Assembly (NCBI GenBank): GCA_964016885.1
Contig: OZ024742.1
Span: forward strand, 257,734,001-257,798,000
Source of the DNA: Eledone cirrhosa
Taxonomy: Eukaryota
Direction of reading: 5' to 3'
Length of the DNA stretch: 64,000 nucleotides
Below the pieces are notes generated by a model. That model made no database searches. It saw nothing but the letters and a program-made list of their open reading frames with translations, and was not told where the DNA came from. Shown here in pieces: positions 11,529-25,071 of the stretch (position 1 is the first letter of the stretch; each line of letters begins with the position of its first letter). The translations under genes were made by a program, and so were the position numbers.

Positions 11529-14500
11529 GTTACTGGCCTTGTAAAACGAAACACCCAAAGGAAAAAAACAATGAAACAAAAAGAGTCAGACATACAAACA
11601 TTACAATGAAACTTATGTTTATTTTTTTAAGTTTTTCTCTATTTATTTGTTTATTTATTTATGTTCGTCTACAGCGTGATGGTGCCACGCTAAAATCACC
11701 GGTGGTGAGGAAATTACTGGGTGTGATGAAATCACCGGTGGTTATGTAACCATATATACACCAATCCTCGATATGAGTGTTTAAATGTCGAACCTAAACA
11801 GTTCGAATAACGGTGAAGTGGAGACTGGAACGTTATGTGACAGACTCTCATTCAGCAAGTGCTCCCTGGCCCAGCAGCAGGGACCTGGCTGTCATCCAAA
11901 TACTGATGGTGTAGGAGGAAGAAGAAGAAGCAAAGGGACCAGAACCAACTGGACGAAAGAATTGAATAGAACTGTTATGCAATGTTACCTGACGAGTAAC
12001 CCCAAGCAGAAAGGCTATAGCAAACGGATGCATAACATCAGGAACGAGATTGGTCTATTTAAATTAGATGAACAAAATTTGGCCGGGCAGGCTCGGGTAA
12101 TAAGAACTAATGGGTGGATAAGCGAGCTGGAACTGGAGGAACTGAGCAGAGAGATTAGGTTGGAAATGGAGAGTGGAGTATGCCAGGCAAACGAGGCAGT
12201 GGGAAATGAAGGTGAAGAGGTTGAGAGAACGGAGCAACCATCCGAAGCAGATAATGATCTGAATGCTGAAATAAATAATACCTGGAACAAAGATACGGCC
12301 ATTGAGGAGATGAATGCTGACGGGCTAGGACAATATTTGGTTGATATCCTAAACTTAGTGGTAGATCAATTGAACAATGATAGTGGGAAACCTATGAACC
12401 TAAGATGTCTAGTCAGGAAAAAGTTAAAAGAAACAACAGCTAAGGTAAACAGAGTCCTCCCATACCTTGAGGCGAGGAGCCTTCACCAGTGCAACAATAT
12501 CCTCAAAGCAACAGCAAATGCGATGAGGAGATTACTTGGCATAAAAGCGAGAGGAAACAGCAAACAAGAAAGATCAGAACCTTTGTGGAAGAAACGAGTG
12601 AATGGACAAATCAGGGAAATGAGAAATGACATTGGAAAGCTTGAGTCCCTACTGAATGGGACACTAAAAAACATAGACACTAAAAATAGACTGGAAATAA
12701 AGTACAAAACTAGGAGGAAAAGCTAAATATTATCATAGAAGAATTGAAGCAACGCATTGTAGCAAAGAGTGCAAAATTTAGGCGATACGAGAGCAGAGTC
12801 AGTCAGTATAGACAGAACCGCATGTTTGAAAACAACCAGAAGATGCTGTTTGGACAGCTTGAAGGGAAAGAAAGAGGCAACGACTTGATCCCTGAGGCGG
12901 AACAAAATAAGACATTCTGGAGAGGAATATGGGAGCAGGATGTTAAACTTAATGGCCAGGCAGTGTGGATTGAGACAGTACAGAAGGAGATTAGTGAACA
13001 GGCACACCAACAAACTGATTTGAGTATCACAATTGAAACTCTTAAGGGGCAGGCCAAAAAACTAACCAACTGGAAATCACCAGGCCCAGATGGTGTGCAA
13101 GGGTATTGGATTAAAAACATAACATCCCTCCACCCGAAACTGACAACCATGTTCAATGACTGCTTGATGTCAGGTGAGGTACCAGATTGGGTGACAAAAG
13201 GTACCACAGTTCTGGTAATGAAAGACCGAATCAAGGGTAATGATGTTACCAACTATAGACCTATAACATGTCTGTCCGTAATGTGGAAACTGTTGACAAG
13301 CATTATGTCTGAGGAAATCTACCATCACCTCCACACAAACAACTTGTTACCAGACGAACAGAAAGGATGCCGAAAGAAGTCCCGTGGTACAAAGGACCAG
13401 TTACTTATTGATAAGATGGTAATGAGGAATTGCAAGAGGAGACACACTGGTCTTGCCATGGGATGGATAGACTACAAAAAGGTATTTGACATGGTGCCTC
13501 ATTCTTGGATCACCAAAAGCCTAGAGATCTTGAAGGTAGCAGATAACATCAGACAGTTGATGGGCAAAAGTATGAAGTCCTGGAAAACAGAGTTAACATC
13601 AGCTGAAGAATCCTTGGGAGGCGTGAAGATCAAGAGAGGTATCTTCCAGTGAGATAGTCTGTCCCCTCTGTTGTTTGTCCTTGCCCTGATGCCCCTGACC
13701 ATTATACTGCGAAAAGTGAGAGCAGGATACATGTTGGGAAAGGGAGGGCTTACCATCAATCACCTCCTCTTCATGAACGAAATTAAGCACTTCGGAAAGA
13801 GTTAGAAGGAGATGGATGTGCTTGTTGACACTGTCCGTATTTTCAGCAATGATATATGTATTCAATTTGGTATTAGTAAGTGTGGAGTCCTTGTGATGAA
13901 GAGTGGTAAATGGAGCAGAAGCAACGGAATCCAGGCACCAACAGGTGAGATGATAAAGGAAATTGACACTGAATTGACACATACAAGTATTTGGGTGTTC
14001 TGGAGGCTGATGACATCAAGAACAAAAAAATGAAGGAATTGATAAGGTCTGAATACATTCGGAGAATAAGGAGCATATTAAAGTCACACATGAACAGTAG
14101 GAATGCCATAAGTGCAGTAAATTCCCGAGCTGTGTCTATTATTACGTACAGTGCGGGAATTCTGAGATGGAATGTTGCTGAACAAAAAGAAATGGATAGG
14201 AAAACTAGGTAGCTATTGACTATCTACAACATGTTCCACAAGAGGAGTGATGTCGATAGACTCTACTTAAGGAGATCTCAAGGTGGAAGAGGGCTTATCA
14301 GCATAGAGGACTGTGTTCAGATGGAGAAAAACAACCTACACAAATACATGACTGATAGTAAGGAGCCAATGCTCAGAATTGTACTGAAGGAGAGGACAAT
14401 AGACCAGGGGATGTCCAAGGAGGAAATAACAAAAAGGAGGAAGAGCAGTCTTCATGAAAAATCCCTTCATAGTTCCTTCTTTGAGAAAACTGAATTCAGA

Positions 14501-15202
14501 GATCCACAGACATGGAACTGGTTGAAAAGAGGAGACCTTCAAAAGGCTAGACAAGGAATGCTAATGGCTGCGCAAGAGCAGGCCCTCAAAACAAAGTGTT
14601 TGAAACATCATATTTACAAAGTGGAGGCTAGCCCACTGTGCAGGATCTGTGGAGAGAGAGAGGAGACTGTGGCTCACATAGTATCCGAGTGTAAACACCT
14701 AGCCCAGACTCACTATAACGGCTGGAGACATGATGTGATGGGCAGGGTGATCCACTGGCACCTATGGAAAGTAAACAATTTACCACATTCTGAGAAGTGG
14801 TATGAGCATAAGCCAGAGTCGGTGATAGAAAACGATCAGGTGAAGGTGCTGTGGGAATTTAGGATACAGACGGACAAGAAACTGGAACACAATAGACCTG
14901 ACCTGGTGGTTTTGGACAAGGAAAAAAGATCGTGTCTGCTTGTGGATGTGGCCTGCCCATTCGACACGAGAGTGCAAAAGAAGAAGAGGGAGAAAATTAA
15001 CCGACACCAGGACTTAAAGTTTCCAGGGATGGTTAAAGAAAATTGGCCCCTTCACGCTTTTTGGAAAGCATCAAAAGGCATGCTTGCTGGGAACAGCAAG
15101 AACTCTCCGATACGTCCTGAATATCTGAGGCTGCAGGTAGTGGCTTGATATTCATTTCAATAAACTTATCAGTTAGCTAACATCAATGAATGAGACTCAA
15201 AG
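11529..15202 (+). mobile_element. Dong/R4-type RLE non-LTR retrotransposon family A (near full length, decayed)
   Basis: Broken single ORF 11785-15148 with NWKSPGPDG, YRPITCL, QKGC, WIDYKK.FD, RGIFQ, decayed FMNE (FMDD), CRIC..ETVAHIVSEC zinc finger, RHD and NRPD..D..K RLE motifs. (AAT)n at both ends. Confidence 0.93.
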
Positions 15203-15215
15203 AATAATAATAATA

Positions 15216-15248
<33 letters not shown>

Positions 15249-15470
15249 GAATGCTATGGTTGACGGAGTCTCAGTTCTGTAAGGTATTGTAAACTTTGAA
15301 CACTATAACAATTGTAAATTGTTTAAAACTTTAACGAACTTGTAGACAAAAACACCCTCCTCCTCGTGAGAGGGGTCTTTCTCCCCGTTATTTGGCCATT
15401 CGGGGTTAAATAACTGCTTATTGGGGTTTTGTACCCAATATTTATTTTAAACAAAAAAAAACAAAACAAT

Positions 15471-17580
15471 ATGGCTACGAAAAAGAAATTTCATAGGTCA
15501 CTCCTACTCATTCCGTCTTCTTCTTCCTCAATTATCACTACAGCAGAGAGAAGATTGTCTCTCTCCTTCCCTTCTTTAAATGTGTCTCTCTCCCTCCCTT
15601 CTCTTTCGCAAGCGACGAAAGAAAAGAAAAGTCTCGTGCAAAGCGTGAAAGGTTTCTCCACGACGACGAACGACAGCGACGAAACAGGTGTGCGGGAAAT
15701 ACGAAAACCCAGTTCATTCGTCTGACGTCAGGAATAATAGCAGTAGCAGCCGTAATAACAACAGCAACAGTGACAATGAAAACAACAGTAGCAGCCGCAA
15801 CAACATCACCAGCAGCATAAACAACAACAGCATTAGCAGCAGCAACACCAACAACAACCACAGCAACAGCGGCGGAGGCAGTAGTCGTAGTACCTGCAGC
15901 AACAACAAAAGTAACAGCAGCTCTGACGACAACAACAACAACAGCGGCAAAGAAAAACCAATCTCATTTGCAGGTATTGCGAAAAACTTGGAAACAATCC
16001 TCATAACAAATGAGGAATTAGAGGAAGCGAAGAAGATGGTGACAGAGCCTGGACACCGAGCAATCTGCAAGGCAGCGGAAAAATTTTTCGAAACCCAACA
16101 GCACTGTACGGTCACGTACCGTACAGTAAGTACACAATCCCGTAGGGTGGAAAGAGCCACAGAGGCTCAAATACAAAACGCCTTGGGGTCTGTGTGACAG
16201 CGGAAAACGCACATCACCCGAGGCAAAACATATGCCACCGTAGACGTACTTTTTGCCACACCCCAGGAGGCAAAGGCCCAATCCGTAATGACCCTAAGGA
16301 GCGAGGAAATGGTGTTGGTGCCCTCCTACTGCGGGCAAAACATTGTGAGGGTCAAACTGACCCAAGTCCCCCCCCCCCCCGGGATGGCCCCTTCTTGGCT
16401 GACCGCGTCTGTCCTCGTCGGAATCGAGGACAAAACAACTGTACTGCAAGTACAGAAAAAAAGTAAGAGAAGATTGGGTCGGCCCCTCTATTGAGATGTT
16501 AATCCAAACCAACCAGGTGTGCATCGAAGCTATCCCGGATGTGATAGACTTCGATAACGGCACTCATCTGCCCATAAGTGTTGAGGGAAAACGCCCGAAA
16601 TGCTTTCGCTGTGGACCGAGACTCGCCTCAGGGCCTTCTGCAACGAGAAGACCCTGAGAAAGGAGACAACCCCCCTCCTTCCGAAACCGGCTCCACGGCT
16701 ACCAGCAACAGGACTAGCGGCAACCAGGAACGATAGGTCCGTGGCACCCATACCCACGCCACGGAAATCAAAAACAGCAGCAGCAGTGGAAATATTAACA
16801 ACAACAATAGCAATACCAAATGCAGCTGCAACAGAGACTCCAGTGCAAACATCACCAACAACAAGAAGTGAAAGAGTGGAGCTGGTACCCCTCCCCGACC
16901 TCACAGAATCAGACATGGAGTGTGAGGTGGGAGAGGGATGGCAAAAGGTCGTAAGAAGGCACAAACGCAGAAGCAGGGCATCGTCGCCTTTGAAAAGGGA
17001 GGAAAGAAATGAGAAAAGGGTAAAGTCTACTGCAAAGAGACCCACAGCAGCAACACCACCAACACCATCACCACCCACACTAGCACCACCATCACAACCG
17101 GCGACAACCCCACCACCAACAACACCTTCAACACCACCACCACAAGCACCAACATCGCAAACACAACAACAAAACACACACACCCAGCAACAACGACAAG
17201 AAAATAGCAGAACCACACCCCACCCCCAGAAAAACAAATGCACGGCAATAAATACACACAACAAGAAACTAATGACTTACATAATTGAACACACAGTGAT
17301 TTCACAACACGACTACATAATACCAGCACCAATCAAAACGCCAACTAACATAAGACTGCTAAAAATAGCACAGAAACAATACACAAACATCAAAACGAAA
17401 TTCCCCAACGCAGTTGGTGATTTCAGGGTTTTAGGAGGAACTATCAATCGAAGAGTATATTCAGACATTCTCATAGAAGAGCCGACGACCAGCCAAAGGG
17501 ACGATTCAACGGTCCCTTCACCAGACGATCAAGTGAAAAGGGATGTAAAAAGCATCCCTCCTCTACGAAAAGTACGGTAA
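15471..17580 (+). pseudogene. Tx1-A ORF1 (gag-like, CCHC knuckle), disrupted
   Basis: MATKKKFHR start; fragments in several frames; ends ..LRKVR*. Confidence 0.88.
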
Positions 17581-17615
17581 GTGGTATTTCCCATCTTTTC
17601 CACTCTATTTTAAAC

Positions 17616-20600
17616 ATGACCTCACTCAGAATAGGCAGCATAATTGCGCGTGGCTTGGGGTCGTCATGGAAGCAGGGTCACCTGCTCAACGACCTCAGGT
17701 CACTAAACATAGATGTAGTGGCCATCAGCGAGACCAGAATCTCCGAAGCACGGGCCTTCGCACCGATCTTCGGCGGCTACGATGTGTACGCATCTCCCAG
17801 CCGTCCTGGATCGGGGGGCGGAGTTGCTGTGCTTTTTCGGAGAGGTTTGGATCTCGCCATATGGGCCATCTTCCTGGACCCAGAGGGTAAGCTGGTGGTG
17901 CTGGACGTGACCAGCGGAGACGGCCAAGCTTTCAGGTTAGTGGCCGTCTATGCCCCGACAGGAGCAGGGCGGCCTGATTTCTTCCGGCGTCTGGACACCT
18001 TTCTTGGAACGTCCCGCTCTTTAGTGTTAGTGGGCGACTGGAACGGGATCTTAGATGCACGCTGGGACTGTGTGGGATTAGCGGATAGTGGTGGAGGGTG
18101 CAAGAGCCTCACCAACCTGCTCAGGCGTTTTGAACTGTCTGACAGGTACCGATTGGATTTCCCGAGTGTGCCAATGTGGACTTGAACAAATCGCATAGGA
18201 TCATCCAGATCATATCTAGATAGAGTATTTTGTTGGGAAATAGATAGGTCTAGAATAGGCTGTCCACAATTCAAGATAGTCAGCTACACGGACCACAAAT
18301 TCGTGATCCGTGTGCTTGACTTAGATAGGCTTTATAGACGAGGACCCAGCTACTGGAAGCTAAACGCGTCCTTATCAGCGAGCAAGGCATACAGAGACCG
18401 GATTAGCGAACTAGGTAAGCAGGCGTTGATGGGGGTCATCGTCAACAACAAGTGGTGGTTTGCTCTGAAAAGAGCGATTAGAATAGAATCGATTAGGTTT
18501 AGTAAGGCTTTAGCAATAGAGAAAAATAGAGCAGAGGGAGAACTAGTTAGAAAATTAGACGAGGCGCTTAGCAAAGGTATTGCGACCGACGTGCTTGCGG
18601 CGAAATTGGCCCTTGACCAATTCTTCAATGCAAAGCACGAAGGCTGCGTTGTCAGAGCAAGGGTGCGTGCTCTCAGACACGAGGGGACGAAAGCCGTTCA
18701 ATGGGACCGAGTGGCGGAGGCGCGTAGTGGCAACAAGGCCACGATCCAGTCTTTGGTGGACCACGACGGGCGCATCCTACTCTATCCCGGGCAAATGTGT
18801 GAAGTTCAGCGACACTTCGCTCAGCTGTTCGGGGGCAGCGGTGGGCCGGGTCTAGGGATGGACTTTAGTGTCTACCTCGACGGACTGCCGCGGCTTTCGG
18901 CCACTGAGGCGAGGTGTTGCGAAAAGCCGATAACAGCCGCTGAAGTAAGGGAGGCAATGACTGGCTGCACAAGGGGTAAATCGCCTGGTTTGGATGGTCT
19001 GCCCTATGAACTTTACGTACAGATGCCAGACTTGTTCGGAGGCGTCTTGGCGGACGTCTACTGCAACTGGCAACAGAACGGGAGAATTCCCAGTTCTATG
19101 TGACGAGGAGCGGTGGCACTGCTGAGAAAGGATCCGAACAAGGGGGATAACATAGATAATTTCCGGCCCATAACTCTGCTAAACAAAGAGTTCAAGATTT
19201 TGGACAGGGTGCTAGCAAAGAGGTTGGCGCTTGTCGTTGGTGGACTGGTGGGAGAGGCGCAGACATGTACCATTCCCGATAGATCCATCCACGACAACCT
19301 CCACCTCATGCGATACATCGTAGAGAGGGTAGCTAAGGAACCTGGCACGGGTGGGTCCTTGATCAATTTAGATCAGTCGAAAGCTTTCGATGGGGTCGAC
19401 CATCGTTACCTAGCGGCAGTCCTGATGGCGGCTGGCTTTGGGCCCGTCTTCAGATGCTGGATCGCTGCCATGCACAGCGACATCTGCTCTGTGGTGAGAG
19501 TGAACGGTCACCTGTCGGAACCGTTCAACATCATGCGCTCGGTCTGCCAAGGATGTCCCCTCTCGTCCATCTTGTACGTATTGACTCTCGAGCCATTACT
19601 GCACAAACTGGAGACGTTGGAGGGGCGTCCCGCGCGAACTAGGATTCGGAAGATCCGTGTCAGCATATGCGGACGATGTCACCGTAATGGTGTCGAACGC
19701 CAAACACATCGAGGCGATCGGCACTACACTAAGAGAATACGAAGCGGTGACAGGAGCAATGATCAACCAGGAAAAGTCAGTGGGCCTGCAGCTCGGCACC
19801 TGCAGAGGCAGGTCCATGCCGTCCAACAGCGTCGTCGGATGCTGGACGGACGGACCGGTTAAATTGCTAGGGGTCTGGTTCGGTCCGGACCTCCAGACGG
19901 ACAAAAACTGGGACGAGGTGACGAGCAGGGTGGCTTCGCTCAGCCAGAAATGGGCGGAGAGGAAGCTATCCCGGAAAGGTCGAGCGGAGGTGGCTAACGC
20001 GTACATTGCGTCTGTCATCTGCTACCGCCTGACCGTCGTACCTTGTCCTAAGCCTCGCCTGACTGCGCTGGAGCGTTTGCTCTTTCGCTTTTTGTGGAAG
20101 GGACGCGCTCCGATGGTCAGGCGGTCCATCTGCTGTCAACACCCGCTACGTGGAGGGCTGGGCATGCCGTGGCTGATGATGCGCAGGCACGCGCTCAGGC
20201 TACGACATCTCCACCTCTTCCTCGACGGTGATCAGGTGTGGTCGCCGTTTGCTAGACGCGTATTTCGCCAGCTCGTTTCCTTGACGGAGCTGCAGTCCTG
20301 GGTCAAACGAAGACCGAGAGGGAGCGCCTGGAGACTGGAATGTCTTCAGGCGCTCACAGCCCTCGACCAATCGGGCAATGTGATCGGTGGAAACTCCACC
20401 TCGGCTTTCTATAGAGGATTAAGGGAGGGGAAGAGCGACGACGTACGTGGGGAAAATCTAGGCGTCGACGAAAATCAACTAGCCAATCTCTTCGGAAGAA
20501 CTTTCGGGCCAGGGCCTATGGACAACTTCCAGAAATCTCTGGCCTGGCAGTGCTACCGAGGAGCCTTGCCAGTTCGGCATAAACTCTACAGGCATGGAGG

Positions 20601-21033
20601 TGCCCTCAACCGGGCATGTCCGAGATGCGCGCAGGGCGACGAAACCGTCCTGCACGCACTCGTCCAGTGTCCGAAAATTGCTGACTTGTGGGTTTATGTC
20701 GAACACCTGCTGTCGCGTTTAGGACGGATCCGGCTATCATCTGAGTCCATCGTGAGGATTGCCCCGCCCTCCTCCTTTAGCCGGGAAGAGCAGGCAGTTT
20801 TTATCTGCCTGGTGGCCATGGCGAAAGAGATAGTATGGTGGACACGTTTGAAAGGGCTGAAGAAGAGCACTTACCTCTTCGGTGATGCTCTGATTGACTT
20901 TTTCAAATTTCATTTGAAAAGGAAAATCAGAGTAGAGAGGGAAGTGCTCTCTTCCCAGCATTTTGTTGAAAGATGGGTGAGAGAAGCAAGAATGGCCCGA
21001 GTGAATGGGCCTACTCTGAGTATATATCTGTAA
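17616..21033 (+). pseudogene. Tx1-A ORF2 (APE + RT + CCHC), disrupted
   Basis: Fragments 17616-18185, 18303-19103, 19113-~19620 and 19657-21033 match the intact ORF2 at 52796-56209. Confidence 0.95.
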
Positions 21034-21281
21034 ATTAAAGGTGGTAAACTAGGAGAGGGCACTTGCCTTGGTGGTCAGGGTCATTGTGGCTTTTTATTGG
21101 GCTTTCTCCACAAATGTCCCTCCGAAGTCTCCCCCCTATTGGGGAATTTTTCATTGTTATTTTTTGTTACATCCTCTGTTTTCGTTTTTTACACGCAGAA
21201 ATGCCCATATGTACCGTCCTGTATTGTCCTGCACTGTCCTTAATGTCTACTTTATGTAAACCCTTGTGGTTAATAAAGAAA

Positions 21282-21322
<41 letters not shown>

Positions 21323-21418
21323 TAATTAATTTATGCAATCGTGCAATGCCTGTGCGTGGAGAATATTTTTACACACATACATACAAAAGAAAATGTTTAC
21401 ATACATACATATTTACAT

Positions 21419-21880
21419 AGGTACAATTCTAACACATTACACATAGCTTCTTTGGGGATGACCTGAAAATGTATGCCAAGAATATAAAGGGTATTTAAAA
21501 AAACCGTTTACCTGGTTACGATAATCACGAATGATAGAGCATTGGTGTTTGACCAGTATAAATGTTACAATATTTGTTTAAATCAAGGAAAATCTACAAG
21601 CCAATCTAGCAACATCTCTATCAATGGCCGAATTCTTTCACCGGTATCCCCTCAGGGAATGTTACAGGGATTTGGGGATAGATACGGCAACACATGCACG
21701 TTTACATACATAACGCATATCATGCAAATCCACACAGGCATTAACACCCATACATACGCATTTACCTAGTTGTTGGTATCTAACTTCCATTGAAAGTTTC
21801 TAAGTCCCTATCTTTGAAACCAGCTTTCTCATTTTATTGGTGTGAATTTATAAAATACAGAATACGAGCAGATCATACAT
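21419..21880 (+). mobile_element. Internally deleted RLE-type non-LTR fragment in (CATA)n
   Basis: ITHSFFGDDLKMYA RT motif joined to a 3'UTR similar to 6030-6145 (tacctagttg...gaaacca). Confidence 0.6.
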
Positions 21881-22367
21881 GAATACAAAAATAATATATG
21901 TATGTAGATATATATATATATGTGTATTTCCCCATTTCCATATTTATGTTTCTGTGTATGCGGCATAACTCAGTGGTTCGACCAAAACGAGAGCAATGCA
22001 GTAGGTTCCATCTTGAGAAAACAACTACTAGTGCAGATATCGGCTATAACAAGGCGATACCCACATAAAGCCATACTATACTAACAGAAACCTATTAAAT
22101 AAATAAGACTCTATCACGTCCATATTTACGCACAAACACAGGGATGGGGACCATTAATTTAAGCAGAAATAATGTGAATGAAATTAATTCAATGTTAAAC
22201 AATTGAAGGTAATCTCTAACACTGTCTGTTTATGAAGTGAAGAATGGATTACTTTCGGGTTTGTATCTGTATACAATATCACACTAAAATTCAGCAAACG
22301 TAGTTATATTACCATTACATTTATCTTTAGTTTCATATACTGAGATACACATAAATACACACTAAAT

Positions 22368-22419
<52 letters not shown>

Positions 22420-23155
22420 TGAGTTTGTGCTAATACGTTGAACTTACCAACTCGCTCGATGCATTCACGGGACTTGCACTTCCGAAGGGTCAGTCCATGA
22501 TTCAGAGCGCACACATTAAGATATGAGTCGTAAGTTCGGGAGTATTTGCGGGTGTAAAGAATTTAGCCCGGACCAAAGTAAATCGCTGGTTTCTACGCCG
22601 TCTCCTGTTTAATGCGGTGAAACAATTGCACCCAGTTCATAGAAGCCACGCATTAAATCTAGTGATGTCGTAGTAGTTCTTACCTGTTACTCTCATCACG
22701 TGGTTTCAAAGGCGTAGGAATATGTATACCTAAGATATAAAACCAATCACATAATTGGGCGGTTATATTTCAAACAGTTTGAAAGTAGTGCCAGAAAAGG
22801 TCTCCACTTCGAATATAGAGAAAATAACAGTCGGAAATGCGTGATACGTTGAATATATAGAATATATGGAATATATAATACATGAATATAAAGAATATAA
22901 GAAATACAGAAACATTCAACTTTCGATCAGAGGTATATCCGTTACAATGGAGAATTAATATAAGTGTATCGAAGTAGATAAACTGAGTTTGTGTTAGTAC
23001 ATTAAACTTTCCCATTCGCTCGGGGACTTGCATTTCTGAAGCACCAGTCCGTGATTCAGAGAGTATACATTTAGTTACTAGTGGTCATTTCGGGATTGTG
23101 CGGGTGTAAACAAGTTACCGCGGATCAAGCGAAATCATTGGTTTCTACTCCGTAT
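22420..23155. repeat. Diverged ~175-bp direct repeat pair between (TA)n tracts
   Basis: 22420-22602 resembles 22985-23153 (gagtttgtg..gggacttgca..cagtcc.tgattcagag..tgcgggtgtaaa..tggtttctac). Confidence 0.7.
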
Positions 23156-23157
23156 GC

Positions 23158-23195
<38 letters not shown>

Positions 23196-24734
23196 GTGTG
23201 TGTGTGTGTGTATGTGTTTGTGTGTGTGTGTGTGTGTGACCGCCCATATTCCTCATCTTTGGATTATTGTAACTTACCTTTACTGACAGGTACACCCATG
23301 CTTCCAACAATATTTTAGTAAAATCATTTAAAGCTGCTTAGTGCACAATATTTTCTTTTTATATTTAATTGAAAATCTTCGTTTCGGTTCGGAAAGATAC
23401 CCTACATATTCCGTAGGGGGGCAAATTGTATCCAAATACCATTGCTTAAACGCCAACATTGTTTTCGAGATAATCTCTTTGGAGACTATCAGAACCTTCG
23501 GATCTCATAATGCTGCCGTTCCCCCCCCCCAAATGACGGGAAGATCATTCCACCTGAAAGAAGACTCCACTTGATAGGAAATAGATGATACAGCTAGTGT
23601 CATCGTCTGTTCTCCGGAGAAATGTTTTCGACAAATAACTGCCGGGCACAGCTGATATATACACCTAAGCCGAACGTGTAGAATGTGAAGCTTTTCAGCT
23701 TCCCTTTTGAAATTATACATATTTTTTCTCCCTCCACTTCTGTTCCTTTCTTATTATTTTAAATTTTTATTTTAAATACTTTTAAGATTATATTCTTCTG
23801 TTCAACTATAGATTTTTTTTTCACGAGAAAAGCATAAAAATAATTACAAAGTTATATTTATGCCAATAAATTTACCATCCATTGTGCTAACACCCCGATC
23901 AAAGAAGCAAAGAATATATACATTAAAAAAAAGATCGAAATATAGGTGACGATTCCATTTTCATTCACACGAACTCCAAAAATGGCATTTTCCCCGAAAT
24001 ATACTTTTGTCGATGAATAATATGTTTGGTTCTTTGATCAGAGTGTGAGTACAGTGAATTGTTCATATAAAAATATCGCACCAGGCGGCTTCTGCATTAG
24101 TGTCTTTATAGGATTGTCTAATGAAACAAAATATATGCGAATTCACGCTTCTACTGAGTGAATACAAATGAAACATAGAGAAAGAGAAAAACAGAATAGA
24201 ATTATCACTAACAAAACAATTAAGCTAGACAGATAAGATTTTAAGGTGGCTTTACCCATCGGTAGATTGGAATGGAAGGATGTCTCTTGCGACGTTGAAT
24301 GTTCGATGAGTGGAACAGACAGCGCGTGAAAATAACGTAGACGTTCTTGAATATTCTATAGAGATCCGTGCCGTTAACATTATTCCCATGGAGTTTCAGC
24401 GTAGCCCAATGCAGATGTAAATCGAGTAATTGACTTCCAAACAGTTTGCAGCTACACAATGTCTCTCTGAAGGTCTCGGTTGACTTGTGACTTAGATAAA
24501 CATATTTGGCAAATAAGCTACCTGATGGGATAGAAATTGCAACCTTTTGTTCATAATGTGATTACACTGGCAGTGTAGAAATCATGTAACAACACTAGAT
24601 ATAGTGGCTGATTTCACCCTTAAGATAACTGATAGATATATCACCGGAGAAAGATATATATAAAAGTTTGCAATTCTAAATGATTTCTTCCTGTGGGAGG
24701 AAGAAGAGAGTAAGAAATAGAGAGACGGAGACAC

Positions 24735-24786
<52 letters not shown>

Positions 24787-24844
24787 GGAAAGAGAGAAGT
24801 CATTAATTTGTATGTATGTATGTATATATAAATATATATATATA

Positions 24845-25005
24845 ACGAAGGAGTTGTGGTAAGGAACTATATGGGCCATAACGCACCAGAGTACTCAATA
24901 CTTAGGGTAGTAGAGGAGGTATTAGACGGCTATAGACGTGGGTAGTAGACGGCTATTTCTGGACGTTAGTCCAGAAATAGCCGTCAAAACAGAGTCATAC
25001 TTTCT
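24845..25005. repeat. Pseudo-LTR-like remnant with terminal hairpin
   Basis: gagtactcaata motif (compare 2462) and palindrome 24948-24985 gacggctatttctggac-gtta-gtccagaaatagccgtc, between (TA)n runs. Confidence 0.55.

Positions 25006-25065
<60 letters not shown>

Positions 25066-25071
<6 letters not shown>

Larger units (their letters stand above)
15249..21283 (+). mobile_element. Tx1-clade LINE family A, copy 2 (full length, multiple stops and frameshifts)
   Basis: Colinear with 52534-58565. 5' gaatgctatggttgacgg after (TTA)n; 3' aataaagaaatc followed by (ATT)n. Confidence 0.97.

Noticed and set aside
7121-21283. Composite transposon: inverted Tx1 copies flanking a Dong element
   Set aside because: Each element has its own microsatellite junctions, and the Tx1 copies belong to different subfamilies, so these are independent insertions.
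23505-23720. THAP-like motif (ICRKHF) suggesting a P-element/THAP remnant
   Set aside because: The upstream CxxC and conserved Pro/Trp are not visible, so support is insufficient.
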